Counted from the stretch's first letter, positions 36,013 through 45,471 are shown. The stretch: DNA of 64,000 bases from an uncultured Pirellulales bacterium (GCA_964454745.1 CAYVUI010000002.1:27643-91642), one strand, 5' to 3'. Made by a program: numbers and translations. Notes: generated by a model from the sequence alone, not told the origin.

Positions 36013-36384
36013 TTAGGTTCCACTCATTTTCAGTTCCTGTACAGCCTCTTTTCTCGTAGGGCTGATCTCAAAAATCTTGTCTAAACGGGTAATTTTAAAG
36101 ATTTCGAGGATCTTGTCACTGATGCAGCACAGGCGCAGACGACCATCCGTTTCATAGATTTTCTTGCTCAAACGAATCAGGAGTCCTAACACGCTGCTCG
36201 AAAGAAAACGCACCTTGTTGAAATCTATGACAAGCTGAATCGACGGATTCTGCTCAATAAGGGGGATCAGGGTTTCTTCGAGGTCCTGAATATCGTTGTC
36301 TTCAAGAATGCGTTCTCGGGCGAGAACGGCAACGGCAATGCTGTCTTCGTATTTGATGACGACTTTTGGGTCCGTGCTTTCCAT
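36013..36384 (-). CDS. STAS-domain anti-sigma-factor antagonist
   Basis: SpoIIAA-like. IDFNKVRFLSSSVLGLLIRL carries the phosphorylatable Ser region. GGGAGA RBS. Confidence 0.85.
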   Translation of the reverse strand: MESTDPKVVIKYEDSIAVAVLARERILEDNDIQDLEETLIPLIEQNPSIQLVIDFNKVRFLSSSVLGLLIRLSKKIYETDGRLRLCCISDKILEIFKITRLDKIFEISPTRKEAVQELKMSGT

Positions 36385-36788
36385 GTGAATCTCCCTGAAA
36401 AGCCCTGAAAATAAACCTCGCCGGAATTGGGCGGATCATTTCGGGCCGCTCTGGTCTAAAATTTTTACTTTCAGATACGATTTTCGGTCGTATCTCCCTC
36501 ATTTCGGGAATCATCAGGGTCACGCTAAAAGGAATTATGTTAGGCCCGCCGGAATCGTTTGTCAAGAAGATATAAATCTCGGAATCACCAAAAAAACGCA
36601 TTTTCAGGTTTTTTATCGGCGAGAATAGCTTCAAAAAGAAGATATAACAGAACCAGATACCATACAGTCGATATAATTGATACAAAAGGATGGGATTTCA
36701 CATGAATTCTGGTAATTATAGATAAAAATTACTTTTCAGGTAAAAATACCTTGCAACTCCGGAAATTTTCTTGATAATTGGTGTACAA

Positions 36789-36802
36789 ATATACTAGTAT
36801 AT
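36789..36802. repeat. perfect 14-bp palindrome ATATACTAGTATAT (candidate operator/promoter element upstream of rrf2)
   Basis: Self-complementary. Overlaps a TTGATA...TAGTAT promoter-like pair, ~155 nt before the ATG at 36956. Confidence 0.3.
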
Positions 36803-36955
36803 AGGGTGACAAGAATACAGGTTTCGCATAGAATTTCGAGACTTAATGCATGGGGTTTTACATCAAAGTTCACACTCGCGGTTACCCGGAAATTAAGTTT
36901 AAATCAGATAGAGAATTGGTTTAACGTGTAAAAATAGATAAGATCGGAGTCAATT

Positions 36956-37354
36956 ATGAAAATTAGTAGGTCTACCGGATACGCTCTTATTGCTGTAGGT
37001 TATATCGCACAGAATTCAAATGATGGTGCGGTTCTGGCAGCAAGAATCTCAAAAGAGTATAACATTCCTCTCGAATACCTGTTGAAAATCCTTCAGCAGC
37101 TCGTTCGTGCGAATGTTCTGCGTTCCAAACGCGGTCCCCGCGGCGGCTTTTTCCTGGCTCGCCCCTCGGAGACAATTACTCTGCTGGAAATTATTGAGGC
37201 AGTGGACGGCCCCATGGTCAGCCACCTGCACCTCGCTGAGCAGACAAACAACGCTCCTTTCAGTACGAAAATGGAAGCTGTTTGCCGTAAGGCGACCGAA
37301 GAGGTCAAACGTATTTACGAAGCTTCCAAGCTTTCGGATGTAATGGGCGAGTAA
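36956..37354 (+). CDS. Rrf2 family transcriptional regulator (no three-Cys cluster site)
   Basis: MKISRSTGYALIAVGYIA...ISKEYNIPLEYLLKILQQLVRANVLRSKRGPRGGF. Only one Cys in the C-terminal part, so probably not an Fe-S-binding member. Confidence 0.85.
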   Translation: MKISRSTGYALIAVGYIAQNSNDGAVLAARISKEYNIPLEYLLKILQQLVRANVLRSKRGPRGGFFLARPSETITLLEIIEAVDGPMVSHLHLAEQTNNAPFSTKMEAVCRKATEEVKRIYEASKLSDVMGE

Positions 37355-37384
37355 GCCCGGCTATTTGGGAAAATTGGCGAATTT

Positions 37385-37648
37385 ATGGAGATCCGTGCGT
37401 TCCAGGAACTGATTCGGGAAAAGTACTACGCTACGGACTCCAAACGAGGGACACCGGCCACATTTATGTGGTTCGTTGAGGAAGTAGGCGAGCTGGCGAC
37501 GGCGCTGGCTGGGGATGACGCCGAGAACAAGAGCGAAGAGTTCGCGGATGTGCTGGCTTGGCTTTGTACGCTGGCCAATATCAATGATGTGGATCTTGAA
37601 AAGGCTCTTGAGAAGTACACAAAGAAGGAAATCAAGGGGTTTAAGTAG
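37385..37648 (+). CDS. MazG-like nucleotide pyrophosphohydrolase domain protein
   Basis: EEVGELATAL...EEFADVLAWLCTLANINDVDLEKALEKY (EExxE/ExxD helices). Confidence 0.8.
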   Translation: MEIRAFQELIREKYYATDSKRGTPATFMWFVEEVGELATALAGDDAENKSEEFADVLAWLCTLANINDVDLEKALEKYTKKEIKGFK

Positions 37649-37675
37649 TTTTTGGACTGCTTAGACCCTTTTTTT
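37637..37675 (+). terminator. rho-independent terminator overlapping the MazG-like stop codon
   Basis: GGGTTTAAGTAG (37637-37648) pairs with CTGCTTAGACCC (37657-37668), 12 bp with two G-U pairs. 8-nt loop, then T7 (37669-37675). Confidence 0.8.
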
Positions 37676-37755
37676 ATTCTTACATCGTATCATTTTCAAA
37701 ATCATATCCTTTTGCAAAGAATCCCGGATAATACGATCTACATTGCCAGATACGT

Positions 37756-38568
37756 CTATTTTGTTTTAAAATCCTCGATTTTGAAGGCCGGAGGCGGGAA
37801 TTTCATCTTCAATTCTGAAAGAGTTTCGACCAGGATTTTTGTAATCGCGTAATTGCGGAACCACTTTTTATCCGCCGGGATCACAAACCAGGGGGCCGCG
37901 GGAGCACTCGTCTTGCGGAGGACATCCTCGTAAGCCTTTTGATAGGAAGACCAGCGTTTCCGCTCGATAAAATCCTGGGGGTTGGCCTTCCAGAATTTCG
38001 TCGGATCTTCCAGGCGTTTATTCAGGCGTTTTAACTGCTCGGATTTGCTGATGTGCAGATAAAACTTGAGGATGTGGGTGTTATTCTCCGTGAGCATTTT
38101 TTCAAAATTGACAATCTGTTCATAGCGTTTGGACCATACGGATTTGGGTAGCAGATTATTGACCCGCACGATCAGGACATCTTCATAATGCGAACGGTTA
38201 AAAACCCGTATCTCTCCCTTTCGCGGAGTCTGGCTGTGAATCCGCCACAGGAAATCATGGGCAAGTTCATCTTCCGTAGGCCCCTTGAAGGACGTGACCT
38301 TGCAGCTCTGCGGATTGAGCGGCCCCATGACATGCCGGACGGTGCCGTCCTTGCCCCCGGCGTCCATGGCCTGGAGAACGATCAGCAGCGAACGCTTATT
38401 TTCCGCAAAAAGAAGGTATTGAAGCTCGGCAAGCCGGTCGAGGTCTTTTTGCATCAATTTTTTCGCCCTCTCCTTATCAGAAAGCCCCGCGGTATCGTCC
38501 GGATCGAAGTCCGAGAGTTTGACATTATCGTCAAATGCCTTGACCTGAAAACGCTTTCGAATATCCAT
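37756..38568 (-). CDS. ppk2: polyphosphate kinase 2 family protein
   Basis: LIVLQAMDAGGKDGTVRHV Walker-like loop, FNRSHYEDVL, WFVIPADKKWFRN. Confidence 0.9.
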   Translation of the reverse strand: MDIRKRFQVKAFDDNVKLSDFDPDDTAGLSDKERAKKLMQKDLDRLAELQYLLFAENKRSLLIVLQAMDAGGKDGTVRHVMGPLNPQSCKVTSFKGPTEDELAHDFLWRIHSQTPRKGEIRVFNRSHYEDVLIVRVNNLLPKSVWSKRYEQIVNFEKMLTENNTHILKFYLHISKSEQLKRLNKRLEDPTKFWKANPQDFIERKRWSSYQKAYEDVLRKTSAPAAPWFVIPADKKWFRNYAITKILVETLSELKMKFPPPAFKIEDFKTK

Positions 38569-38634
38569 AACTGCCCCCTTTACCTGGAAAACATTCGAAT
38601 TATTTATTTACCTGCGACTAACCGTACACCTGGG

Positions 38635-40125
38635 TTATAGTTTTTGTGCCTCCTTGAATTTTTGATAGAGTGGTTTTTGCTTAATTTTCTTGTCGATTTT
38701 TTCGAGACATTCCTGCACGTACGGCTCGGAAAGATCCGGCCCGGGCAGGTTTTCAAGTATGCGGTCAAACCGCCGACGGGCGGCAAGTACCTGCGGGTCC
38801 ATTGAGTCGGTAACGTCTTTATAGCCGGTCTCATCGCGGCTGGAGCCGCAGTCATAAAAGTGCCCGTAACCGTCCAGGAGCCACCTCTCATCCCGCAGTG
38901 CCCGCTGATCGGCCACATAACTGAAAATCCACTCCCGCGGAGTAAAGGGCCTGCCCAAAAGCAGCGGCGCAAAACTGTGCCCATCGAGGACATAACCCTC
39001 CGGAACGGGCGCATTGGCAAGTTCGCACACCGTCGGAAAGACATCGGACAAATCCACCAGTTCATCGCGTTTGCCCATGGGGCGGATAAACCCGGGCGCG
39101 TTTACAATCATCGGCACTCGAATCCCCCGCTCTTCGACCATGAACCATTTCCCGTAGTCATCCGAGCCGTGATCGGCGGTGAACATAATCACCGTATTGT
39201 CGCGAATGCCCAGCTCTTCGAGGTTCCGGACAATTTTGCCGACAAGAAAATCAAGGTATTCGATATTCGCCTTGTAAGAGCCCTTCACGATTCCCCCGGT
39301 TTTGTTGCCGTTTTCATCCACTTCGGGCACGGAAACCGCGCTGTGCTTTTGCTGATGAACATCCCAGCCGACATGGCAGAGATTCGCGGCGTAATATGTA
39401 AAGAAAGGCTTGTTTTGCGCAGCGTTTTTGCGGGCAAAATCATTGATAAAATCGACCCAGATATCCGGCGCAAAGTCCTCATCGGTCGTTGCCAGCACCT
39501 CGCGATTCTCAACCAAAAACGGATTCCAGAAATCCGGGGTAAACCCATAATCGGGCGTTCGGAAACCGTCGTTCTTTTCCTGGTATGCCTTTCTCATTTC
39601 CGGGGTATGAAAATAGCCGGGCCACCAGTTCGATTCATCAAAATGATACTCCCCCGGATCACCCGGAAGCTGCCACTTGGAAGCAAAAGCGGTCGCGTAG
39701 CCGGCCTTTTTCAGCGGCTCGGCAATCACCATATTCCGTTCGGTCAAAAGCTGCATTTTATACGGCTGGCCCCCGGGGAATCGCAGTAAATTGTGATACC
39801 AGCCGGTTCGAAAGCCGTACCGCCCGGTTATGATCTCCGCGCGGGTGGGGATGCAGATCGCCGTCGACCAGCAGGTATTAAACTGCACGCCCTCCCGGGC
39901 GAGTTTATCGATATTGGGGGTATAGTGTTTTGTGTTTCCATAACAGCCCAGCTCTTTGGCAGACATCGTCTCAGCCATGATGAGTATGACATTAGGCCTA
40001 TGCGGCGGCTGGTTGAGCATGACTGCGGAAGATTCCATGCAGCCTGCCGGTAGAGCTGCGGCCGCAGATGTCAAAGCGACCGCCCGCAAAAAATCACGGC
40101 GGGAAAGTGAAGTCTTTTTGTTCAC
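38635..40125 (-). CDS. sulfatase (formylglycine-dependent) with Tat signal
   Basis: SRRDFLRAVALTSAAAALPAGC Tat/lipobox-like signal. CIPTRAEIITGR CxPxR motif. FTADHG. Confidence 0.9.
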   Translation of the reverse strand: MNKKTSLSRRDFLRAVALTSAAAALPAGCMESSAVMLNQPPHRPNVILIMAETMSAKELGCYGNTKHYTPNIDKLAREGVQFNTCWSTAICIPTRAEIITGRYGFRTGWYHNLLRFPGGQPYKMQLLTERNMVIAEPLKKAGYATAFASKWQLPGDPGEYHFDESNWWPGYFHTPEMRKAYQEKNDGFRTPDYGFTPDFWNPFLVENREVLATTDEDFAPDIWVDFINDFARKNAAQNKPFFTYYAANLCHVGWDVHQQKHSAVSVPEVDENGNKTGGIVKGSYKANIEYLDFLVGKIVRNLEELGIRDNTVIMFTADHGSDDYGKWFMVEERGIRVPMIVNAPGFIRPMGKRDELVDLSDVFPTVCELANAPVPEGYVLDGHSFAPLLLGRPFTPREWIFSYVADQRALRDERWLLDGYGHFYDCGSSRDETGYKDVTDSMDPQVLAARRRFDRILENLPGPDLSEPYVQECLEKIDKKIKQKPLYQKFKEAQKL

Positions 40126-40163
40126 AATAAACCTTTCATATCAATCAATTGAGCACAAATATT

Positions 40164-42242
40164 TTAATTCTCTATAGCCTGCGGCTCGGGCGTGTTGCCC
40201 GCTGCCCGAATCGCCTGGTAGAAACACCAGCCCAGTCCCACGAAGATCACTACCGCCACAACGGCAAGAATGACATAGGATACCGAAGAAAGAGAATCGG
40301 GCCGCTGGAATTCCTGTGTGCCAGTCTTCATCACGGTGGTAATATGAATCAGAAGAATCGCCAGAAACGCGCTGGCAGTCAGGATCGAACCAATCCCCGC
40401 CAAGCGCAGCACCCATGCAGGACGAACCAGCATGGAATAACAGTTATCCATATAAATGCTCGTAATCAAAATCGCGCAAAGCCCGATCAAACCCGCCGCA
40501 ATGGTCACAATCCAAAGCGGGCCAACGAGGAACGGAACCTCCGGATTCGGCTCCCGAAAGACCAGCAATAAAGTGAGCCCAACCAGCGAGAGAAGCGAAA
40601 GAACCAGCCACAGCGTGCCTATGCTGATCCCGCCAACGCTTTTGCCTGAGAGCATTTCCCCTTCACCGGAAAAACGTCCTTCCCGGCTGGGATTCTTTTT
40701 GAGGCTTATCAGAATCGCAAGGATGGGGGCAAAAGCAACCACAGCGATGCCCACACAGTTGGCAATATTGATCCCGCTGCCGTCGGACTTAACGAGAAAA
40801 CCGCCGGGCTGATGAATATCATCGTAAAAGCTCCAGAAAAACAGGGTACCCAGTACCAGTGGGATCACAATACGAATCATATAATTCCACCATCGCCCGA
40901 TTTGGAAATCACTGCGTTCATTGGCATGAACACGCAGATAGTCCACGCGGTAGATCCAGCCCAGAACCGCACACTCAAGCAAACCGAGGAAGGATATCCC
41001 CCACGGGCCGTTGATAAAGCTGTCAATCGTGCCCAGCCAGTTGAGCCCGCCTTGTGTTGCATAAAACAGACCAATCCCCAGGCCAACGACGGACATACCG
41101 ATGAGAACCTTCGTTCGGCTCCAGCCGGTTTTGTCCACAATCCCGGCCAGGACGGATTCCGTGATCGAAAAGCCCGAATCAATGCCGAGGGTAACCAGTG
41201 TCAAAAAGAATATCAAACTCCACCACGCCGAGCCGGGAAGCTGTGCCAAAGCATACGGAAACGCGACAAACGCCAGCCCCGGACCGCCTTCGATCACCTC
41301 GTCCACCGGAACCGGATTGCCCGCCTGAGAGGTCACAAAAGCCATGCCGCCAATCGTCGCAAAGATCGCAATCCCCGCGATAAAACTGGTGGCAAAGTCA
41401 GACAGTGCGATGATCGCTGCGTTGTTATTCAGGTCACTTTTTCGGTGCAGGAAGCTGGCATACGTAACCATCACGCCAAAGGCCATACTCATTGAGAAGA
41501 AAACCTGCCCGAAAGCGAAACGCCAGGTCGAGGGCTTCAGCAGCTCCTCCCAGTTCGGGTGCAGGTAATAGACCAGCCCTTCCATTGCTCCGTCGAGTGT
41601 CAACCCGCGTATCGCAAGCACAAAAAGCATCAGCCACGGCAGAGGAACCGTAATCCATACGATCTTGCCGACCAGGGACACACCTTTGAAAATGCAAAAA
41701 TACATCGCCAGCCATGTAATCACCAGCGGAATCACGATATGAAGCTGCAGGGAGCCGAGTTCGAGGCTGGACCAGTAGTGGAGATAATCCTTGTAAAAGA
41801 ATTGTTCGGCCTGCTGGACGCCTTCGATGCCCTGCCCGGCCCACGGGAGCTGACCGCCGTTTAGAATCCCCTGGATACTGAAACCGATGAAGCTAAAGCA
41901 GTACGCAAGGATAATCGGGTAGTATGTAATGATGACAAAGCCCATGATAATGGCCCACCAGCCGATGAATTCCGTCTTCTTATTCACCCGGGCAAAGGCG
42001 TCCGGGGCGGCACGCTGAGTATAATGCCCGAGACTGAACTCCATAATCAGCATGGGAATACCGATACAGATCATCGCAATGATGTAGGGGATCAGAAATG
42101 CCCCGCCTCCATACGAATAAAGCTTGTAAGGAAACCCCCACAGGTTCCCCAGACCGACCGCTGAACCCACCGCAGCGAGAACAAATCCGCCGCGGGTACC
42201 CCAGTTTTCTCTCTGTTCTTCCAGCATTTCAGGCACTTTCAT
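40164..42242 (-). CDS. neurotransmitter:sodium symporter (SNF/NSS) family transporter with extra C-terminal membrane domain
   Basis: NWGTRGGFVLAAVGSAVGLGNLWGFPY signature. ~190 extra C-terminal residues with about five further hydrophobic helices. Confidence 0.88.
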   Translation of the reverse strand: MKVPEMLEEQRENWGTRGGFVLAAVGSAVGLGNLWGFPYKLYSYGGGAFLIPYIIAMICIGIPMLIMEFSLGHYTQRAAPDAFARVNKKTEFIGWWAIIMGFVIITYYPIILAYCFSFIGFSIQGILNGGQLPWAGQGIEGVQQAEQFFYKDYLHYWSSLELGSLQLHIVIPLVITWLAMYFCIFKGVSLVGKIVWITVPLPWLMLFVLAIRGLTLDGAMEGLVYYLHPNWEELLKPSTWRFAFGQVFFSMSMAFGVMVTYASFLHRKSDLNNNAAIIALSDFATSFIAGIAIFATIGGMAFVTSQAGNPVPVDEVIEGGPGLAFVAFPYALAQLPGSAWWSLIFFLTLVTLGIDSGFSITESVLAGIVDKTGWSRTKVLIGMSVVGLGIGLFYATQGGLNWLGTIDSFINGPWGISFLGLLECAVLGWIYRVDYLRVHANERSDFQIGRWWNYMIRIVIPLVLGTLFFWSFYDDIHQPGGFLVKSDGSGINIANCVGIAVVAFAPILAILISLKKNPSREGRFSGEGEMLSGKSVGGISIGTLWLVLSLLSLVGLTLLLVFREPNPEVPFLVGPLWIVTIAAGLIGLCAILITSIYMDNCYSMLVRPAWVLRLAGIGSILTASAFLAILLIHITTVMKTGTQEFQRPDSLSSVSYVILAVVAVVIFVGLGWCFYQAIRAAGNTPEPQAIEN

Positions 42243-42256
42243 TCTCCAAAGATGAG

Positions 42257-43099
42257 CTATTCGGTAGAAATTTTTATTGCGGACGTTTTTTCAGGCGGGG
42301 CGGGTTCTTTTTGGTTGGGGGTAATATTCAGCAATGAAAATGTGTCCCGCTCGACAATGCTTCGGATTTTTTCACGCGGAACCATTCGCAGGTGATGATC
42401 GTCGATGAGCTTGTTAAAGCCCAGCAGCGTTTCGAGGCACTGAATCGGTTTGGCAAACGGGTACCCGCTGCCAAAGAGCAGTTTGTCCATCACGCCCCAC
42501 TCATGGGCGGAAACCACGACATTATAGAGTTCCCATATCTTGTGCGGGTAAAAGGTCAGGTCCGCAAAGATATGGTCATGCTTGCTCAACAGGCACATGG
42601 TCTGAAGATAAAACGGGGTTCCTGCCGAACCGACGATGATTTTGAGAGTCTCAAAGGTCCGGGCGATCTCATCGAGCAGGTACGGCTGGGAGTATTCCAT
42701 ATTGGCCATGCGGTTAAATGCCGCGGAATTGCTGAAAAAAACCGGCAGATCAAGCTCGGCTGCAGATTCATACAGACGCATCGCCCGGGAATTGGCGGGG
42801 TGATAGTTCTGGCTGGCACTATACACCACGATGCCCTGCAAATTCAGGTCCCGTGTGATCTTTTTAACCGAAGACAAGTCAACAGGCTCTGTAATCGGAT
42901 TAATGACGGCAAAACCGACCATTTTTTTATATTTTTCTACATATTGACTCAAAAGCTCATTGATCCGGGTCTGAGATTGCTCCGCCGCCGGCAAAGGCAG
43001 GACGATACAGCCGGTGACCTTCTCGCAGGCCTCGATGTGGTCAGCCGCATCAACTTCCCTGTGCGGGAAATGCATGTGTGTATGGCAATCAATAATCAA
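42257..43099 (-). CDS. amidohydrolase-2-type metal-dependent TIM-barrel hydrolase
   Basis: MIIDCHTHMH metal-binding start, FGSGYPF near the C-terminus. Confidence 0.75.
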   Translation of the reverse strand: MIIDCHTHMHFPHREVDAADHIEACEKVTGCIVLPLPAAEQSQTRINELLSQYVEKYKKMVGFAVINPITEPVDLSSVKKITRDLNLQGIVVYSASQNYHPANSRAMRLYESAAELDLPVFFSNSAAFNRMANMEYSQPYLLDEIARTFETLKIIVGSAGTPFYLQTMCLLSKHDHIFADLTFYPHKIWELYNVVVSAHEWGVMDKLLFGSGYPFAKPIQCLETLLGFNKLIDDHHLRMVPREKIRSIVERDTFSLLNITPNQKEPAPPEKTSAIKISTE

Positions 43100-43228
43100 A
43101 ACCGGTCCCTGTTATCCAATAATATGCCTTTTCCTTGCTTGATTGCTGTCATAATAGGGTATTTCGGTTCCGGAATCAATGGAAAATCCTGTTCTCAATT
43201 CGACGACAATACCACAGGCAAGGATATC

Positions 43229-43257
43229 TTGACGCAGAAACAAAAATACGATAGGAT
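43229..43257 (+). promoter_or_regulatory. sigma70-like promoter
   Basis: TTGACG (43229-43234), 17-nt spacer, TAGGAT (43252-43257), ~50 nt before the ATG at 43310. Confidence 0.3.
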
Positions 43258-43309
43258 GCGTCCTTTACCAGACGAAATGGATTATGAATTTTAACGGGAA
43301 AAAGCACAA

Positions 43310-43723
43310 ATGGATTGTCCGATATGCCGTAAAACCGCTATGATTACGCTGGAGCTCGATGAAGTCGAGATCGACTACTGCATGAAGTGCGGGGGAATTT
43401 GGCTCGACAGCGGTGAACTGGAACAGCTTTTTGAGGACCCTGCCCAGGCCGAAGCCCTGCTGGATTCTGTGGCATCCGCGAAAGCAAAGGATCACAAAGA
43501 GCAGCCGTATCCGTGCCCGATCTGTGACAAAAAGATGGACAAAGTCTACATCGGCGAAACAGAAGGAAAGGTGCTCATAGACGCTTGCCCTCGGAAAGAC
43601 GGGCTCTGGTTCGACAAAGGGGAGCTGGCACGAATACTGGCCATGTCTGCCGGGCCCAAGGAACAGCGTGTCCAGCAGCTTTTAGCGGATATGTTCCAAA
43701 TGCATGAGAAAACGGACCAATAA
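43310..43723 (+). CDS. double zf-TFIIB-type zinc-ribbon protein
   Basis: Two copies of CPxC...(I/L)DxCxxxxGxWxDxGEL: CPICRK...IDYCMKCGGIWLDSGELEQL and CPICDK...IDACPRKDGLWFDKGELARI. Confidence 0.8.
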   Translation: MDCPICRKTAMITLELDEVEIDYCMKCGGIWLDSGELEQLFEDPAQAEALLDSVASAKAKDHKEQPYPCPICDKKMDKVYIGETEGKVLIDACPRKDGLWFDKGELARILAMSAGPKEQRVQQLLADMFQMHEKTDQ

Positions 43724-43770
43724 GCAGAGAAAAATCCTGCTTTAGAATCATCAAAACGAAGGGAAGAAAC

Positions 43771-44841
43771 ATGGGAATTGAAAAAAAGGAATTTGGGGTA
43801 TTGCAGGATGGTTCACCGGTCAGCCTGTATGTTCTTAAAAATTCCAGCGGAGTAGAAGCCTGTATCACTGATTACGGGGCCACGATAGTATCCCTGGTAA
43901 TTCCGGATAAAGATGGAAAAAATGCGGATATTGTTCTTGGTTACGACACCATAGAGGGATATATCTCCGATACGGCATACTTTGGATGCACGGTAGGCAG
44001 GGTAGCCAATCGGATCGGTAAAGCGTGCTTCGAGCTGGACGGCAACACTTATCGGCTTGATGCGAACATGGGAGATGCGCACCTCCACGGCGGGAAAATC
44101 GGGTTTAATAAATGCCTGTGGCACGTAGAGGTTTTTGAAAACGACCAAATGCCGCGTGTGCGATTTAGCCTCATGAGTGAAGACGGTGATCAGTACTACC
44201 CCGGGAATCTTCTTGCCGCGGTAACCTATACACTCGGAGAAGACAATACGCTGAGCATGGATTACAAGGCGACAACCGATCAGCCTTCGCCAATTAACAT
44301 GACCAATCACAGCTATTTCAACCTGACCGGTGACATGAAAAAAGACATCCTGAATCATGTCTTGCTGATTCCGGCCAAGTACTATACAGAAACGGACGAT
44401 TCGCTGGTTCCGACGGGCAAGCTGATTGAAACCAAGGCCACCGCGTATGATTTCAACTCGCCCCGGTCCATCGGAGAACAGATTGACAACGCCCCCGGCG
44501 GATATGACCTGAACTACTGCCTGAAAACGCCCGCCAGAGAAGGCTACAGCCTCGATAATGAAAAACAGGAAATCCAGCTCGCCGCGGAAGTCTCAGACCC
44601 GGACAGCGGGCGCAAAATGGAAGTATGGACGACCCAGCCGGGCGTTCAACTGTATTCGGGCAACTTCCTCGACGGAAGCATCACCGGCAAAGGAAAAACG
44701 GCATACCAAAAGCACACCGGTTTCTGCCTCGAAACCCAGCACTGGCCCGATGCAGTGAATCATGAGGATTTTCCATCAATCATCCTGATGCCCGAACAGA
44801 AATACACACAAAAAACGGTTTTGAAGTTTTCTATGATCTGA
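43771..44841 (+). CDS. galM: aldose 1-epimerase (galactose mutarotase)
   Basis: GRVANRIGKACFELDGNTYRLDAN..HLHGG, NMTNHSYFNL, FCLETQHWPDAVNH. Confidence 0.9.
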   Translation: MGIEKKEFGVLQDGSPVSLYVLKNSSGVEACITDYGATIVSLVIPDKDGKNADIVLGYDTIEGYISDTAYFGCTVGRVANRIGKACFELDGNTYRLDANMGDAHLHGGKIGFNKCLWHVEVFENDQMPRVRFSLMSEDGDQYYPGNLLAAVTYTLGEDNTLSMDYKATTDQPSPINMTNHSYFNLTGDMKKDILNHVLLIPAKYYTETDDSLVPTGKLIETKATAYDFNSPRSIGEQIDNAPGGYDLNYCLKTPAREGYSLDNEKQEIQLAAEVSDPDSGRKMEVWTTQPGVQLYSGNFLDGSITGKGKTAYQKHTGFCLETQHWPDAVNHEDFPSIILMPEQKYTQKTVLKFSMI

Positions 44842-44877
44842 ATATAAACTGAGGAACAAATTGGAAAGGAGAATTGA

Positions 44878-45441
44878 ATGGGTATGGGTTTAGCACTGAT
44901 AGTAATCTTAGTTTTAATACTGATCCTGTTGTTTGCCATCATTGGGATGTACAACTCACTGGTACGTCTACGCAACCAGGTCAAGAACGCCTGGTCGCAG
45001 ATCGACGTGCAGCTCAAACGCCGCCATGACCTGATCCCCAACCTCGTGGAAACCGCCAAGGGTTACATGCAGCATGAACGGGAAACCTTCGAGGCGATTA
45101 CAGAGGCCCGGTCCAAGGCGATGGGGGCAAACAATGTAAACGAAGCCTCCCAGGCGGAATCGAAGCTGACTGATGCCCTGAGCAAGTTTATGCTGGTCGT
45201 GGAAAATTACCCGGACCTCAAGGCAAATCAGAATTTCCTCTCGCTGCAGGAAACGCTGACCAGCACGGAAAACAAGATCGCCTTCGCACGCCAGGCCTAC
45301 AATGACTCGGTCCTGTTTTTCAATAACAAGATCGAAGTGTTCCCGTCCAATATCATTGCCGGGATGTTCAACTTCAGCAAGGGCGATTTCTTTGAAGTGC
45401 AGACGGAAGCTGAACGGGAAGCTCCGAAGGTCCAGTTTTAA
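44878..45441 (+). CDS. lemA: LemA family protein
   Basis: AAGGAG RBS. N-terminal TM helix, then YNSLVRLRNQVKNAWSQIDVQLKRRHDLIPNLVE. Confidence 0.9.
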   Translation: MGMGLALIVILVLILILLFAIIGMYNSLVRLRNQVKNAWSQIDVQLKRRHDLIPNLVETAKGYMQHERETFEAITEARSKAMGANNVNEASQAESKLTDALSKFMLVVENYPDLKANQNFLSLQETLTSTENKIAFARQAYNDSVLFFNNKIEVFPSNIIAGMFNFSKGDFFEVQTEAEREAPKVQF

Positions 45442-45471
45442 CAGGTTTGATTTTGATACGGATGTATTGAT

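Noticed and set aside
36564-36647. 12-nt direct repeat AAGAAGATATAA (two copies) as a possible CRISPR or tandem-repeat array.
   Set aside because: There are only two copies, 72 nt apart, with no further repeats and no cas genes. It is treated only as a possible regulatory repeat.
38860-43294. Long + strand ORFs antisense to the sulfatase (38860-39789), the NSS transporter (several, 40149-41864) and the amidohydrolase (42392-43294).
   Set aside because: These are shadow-frame ORFs with Arg/Pro/Gly-rich products. The - strand genes carry diagnostic motifs.
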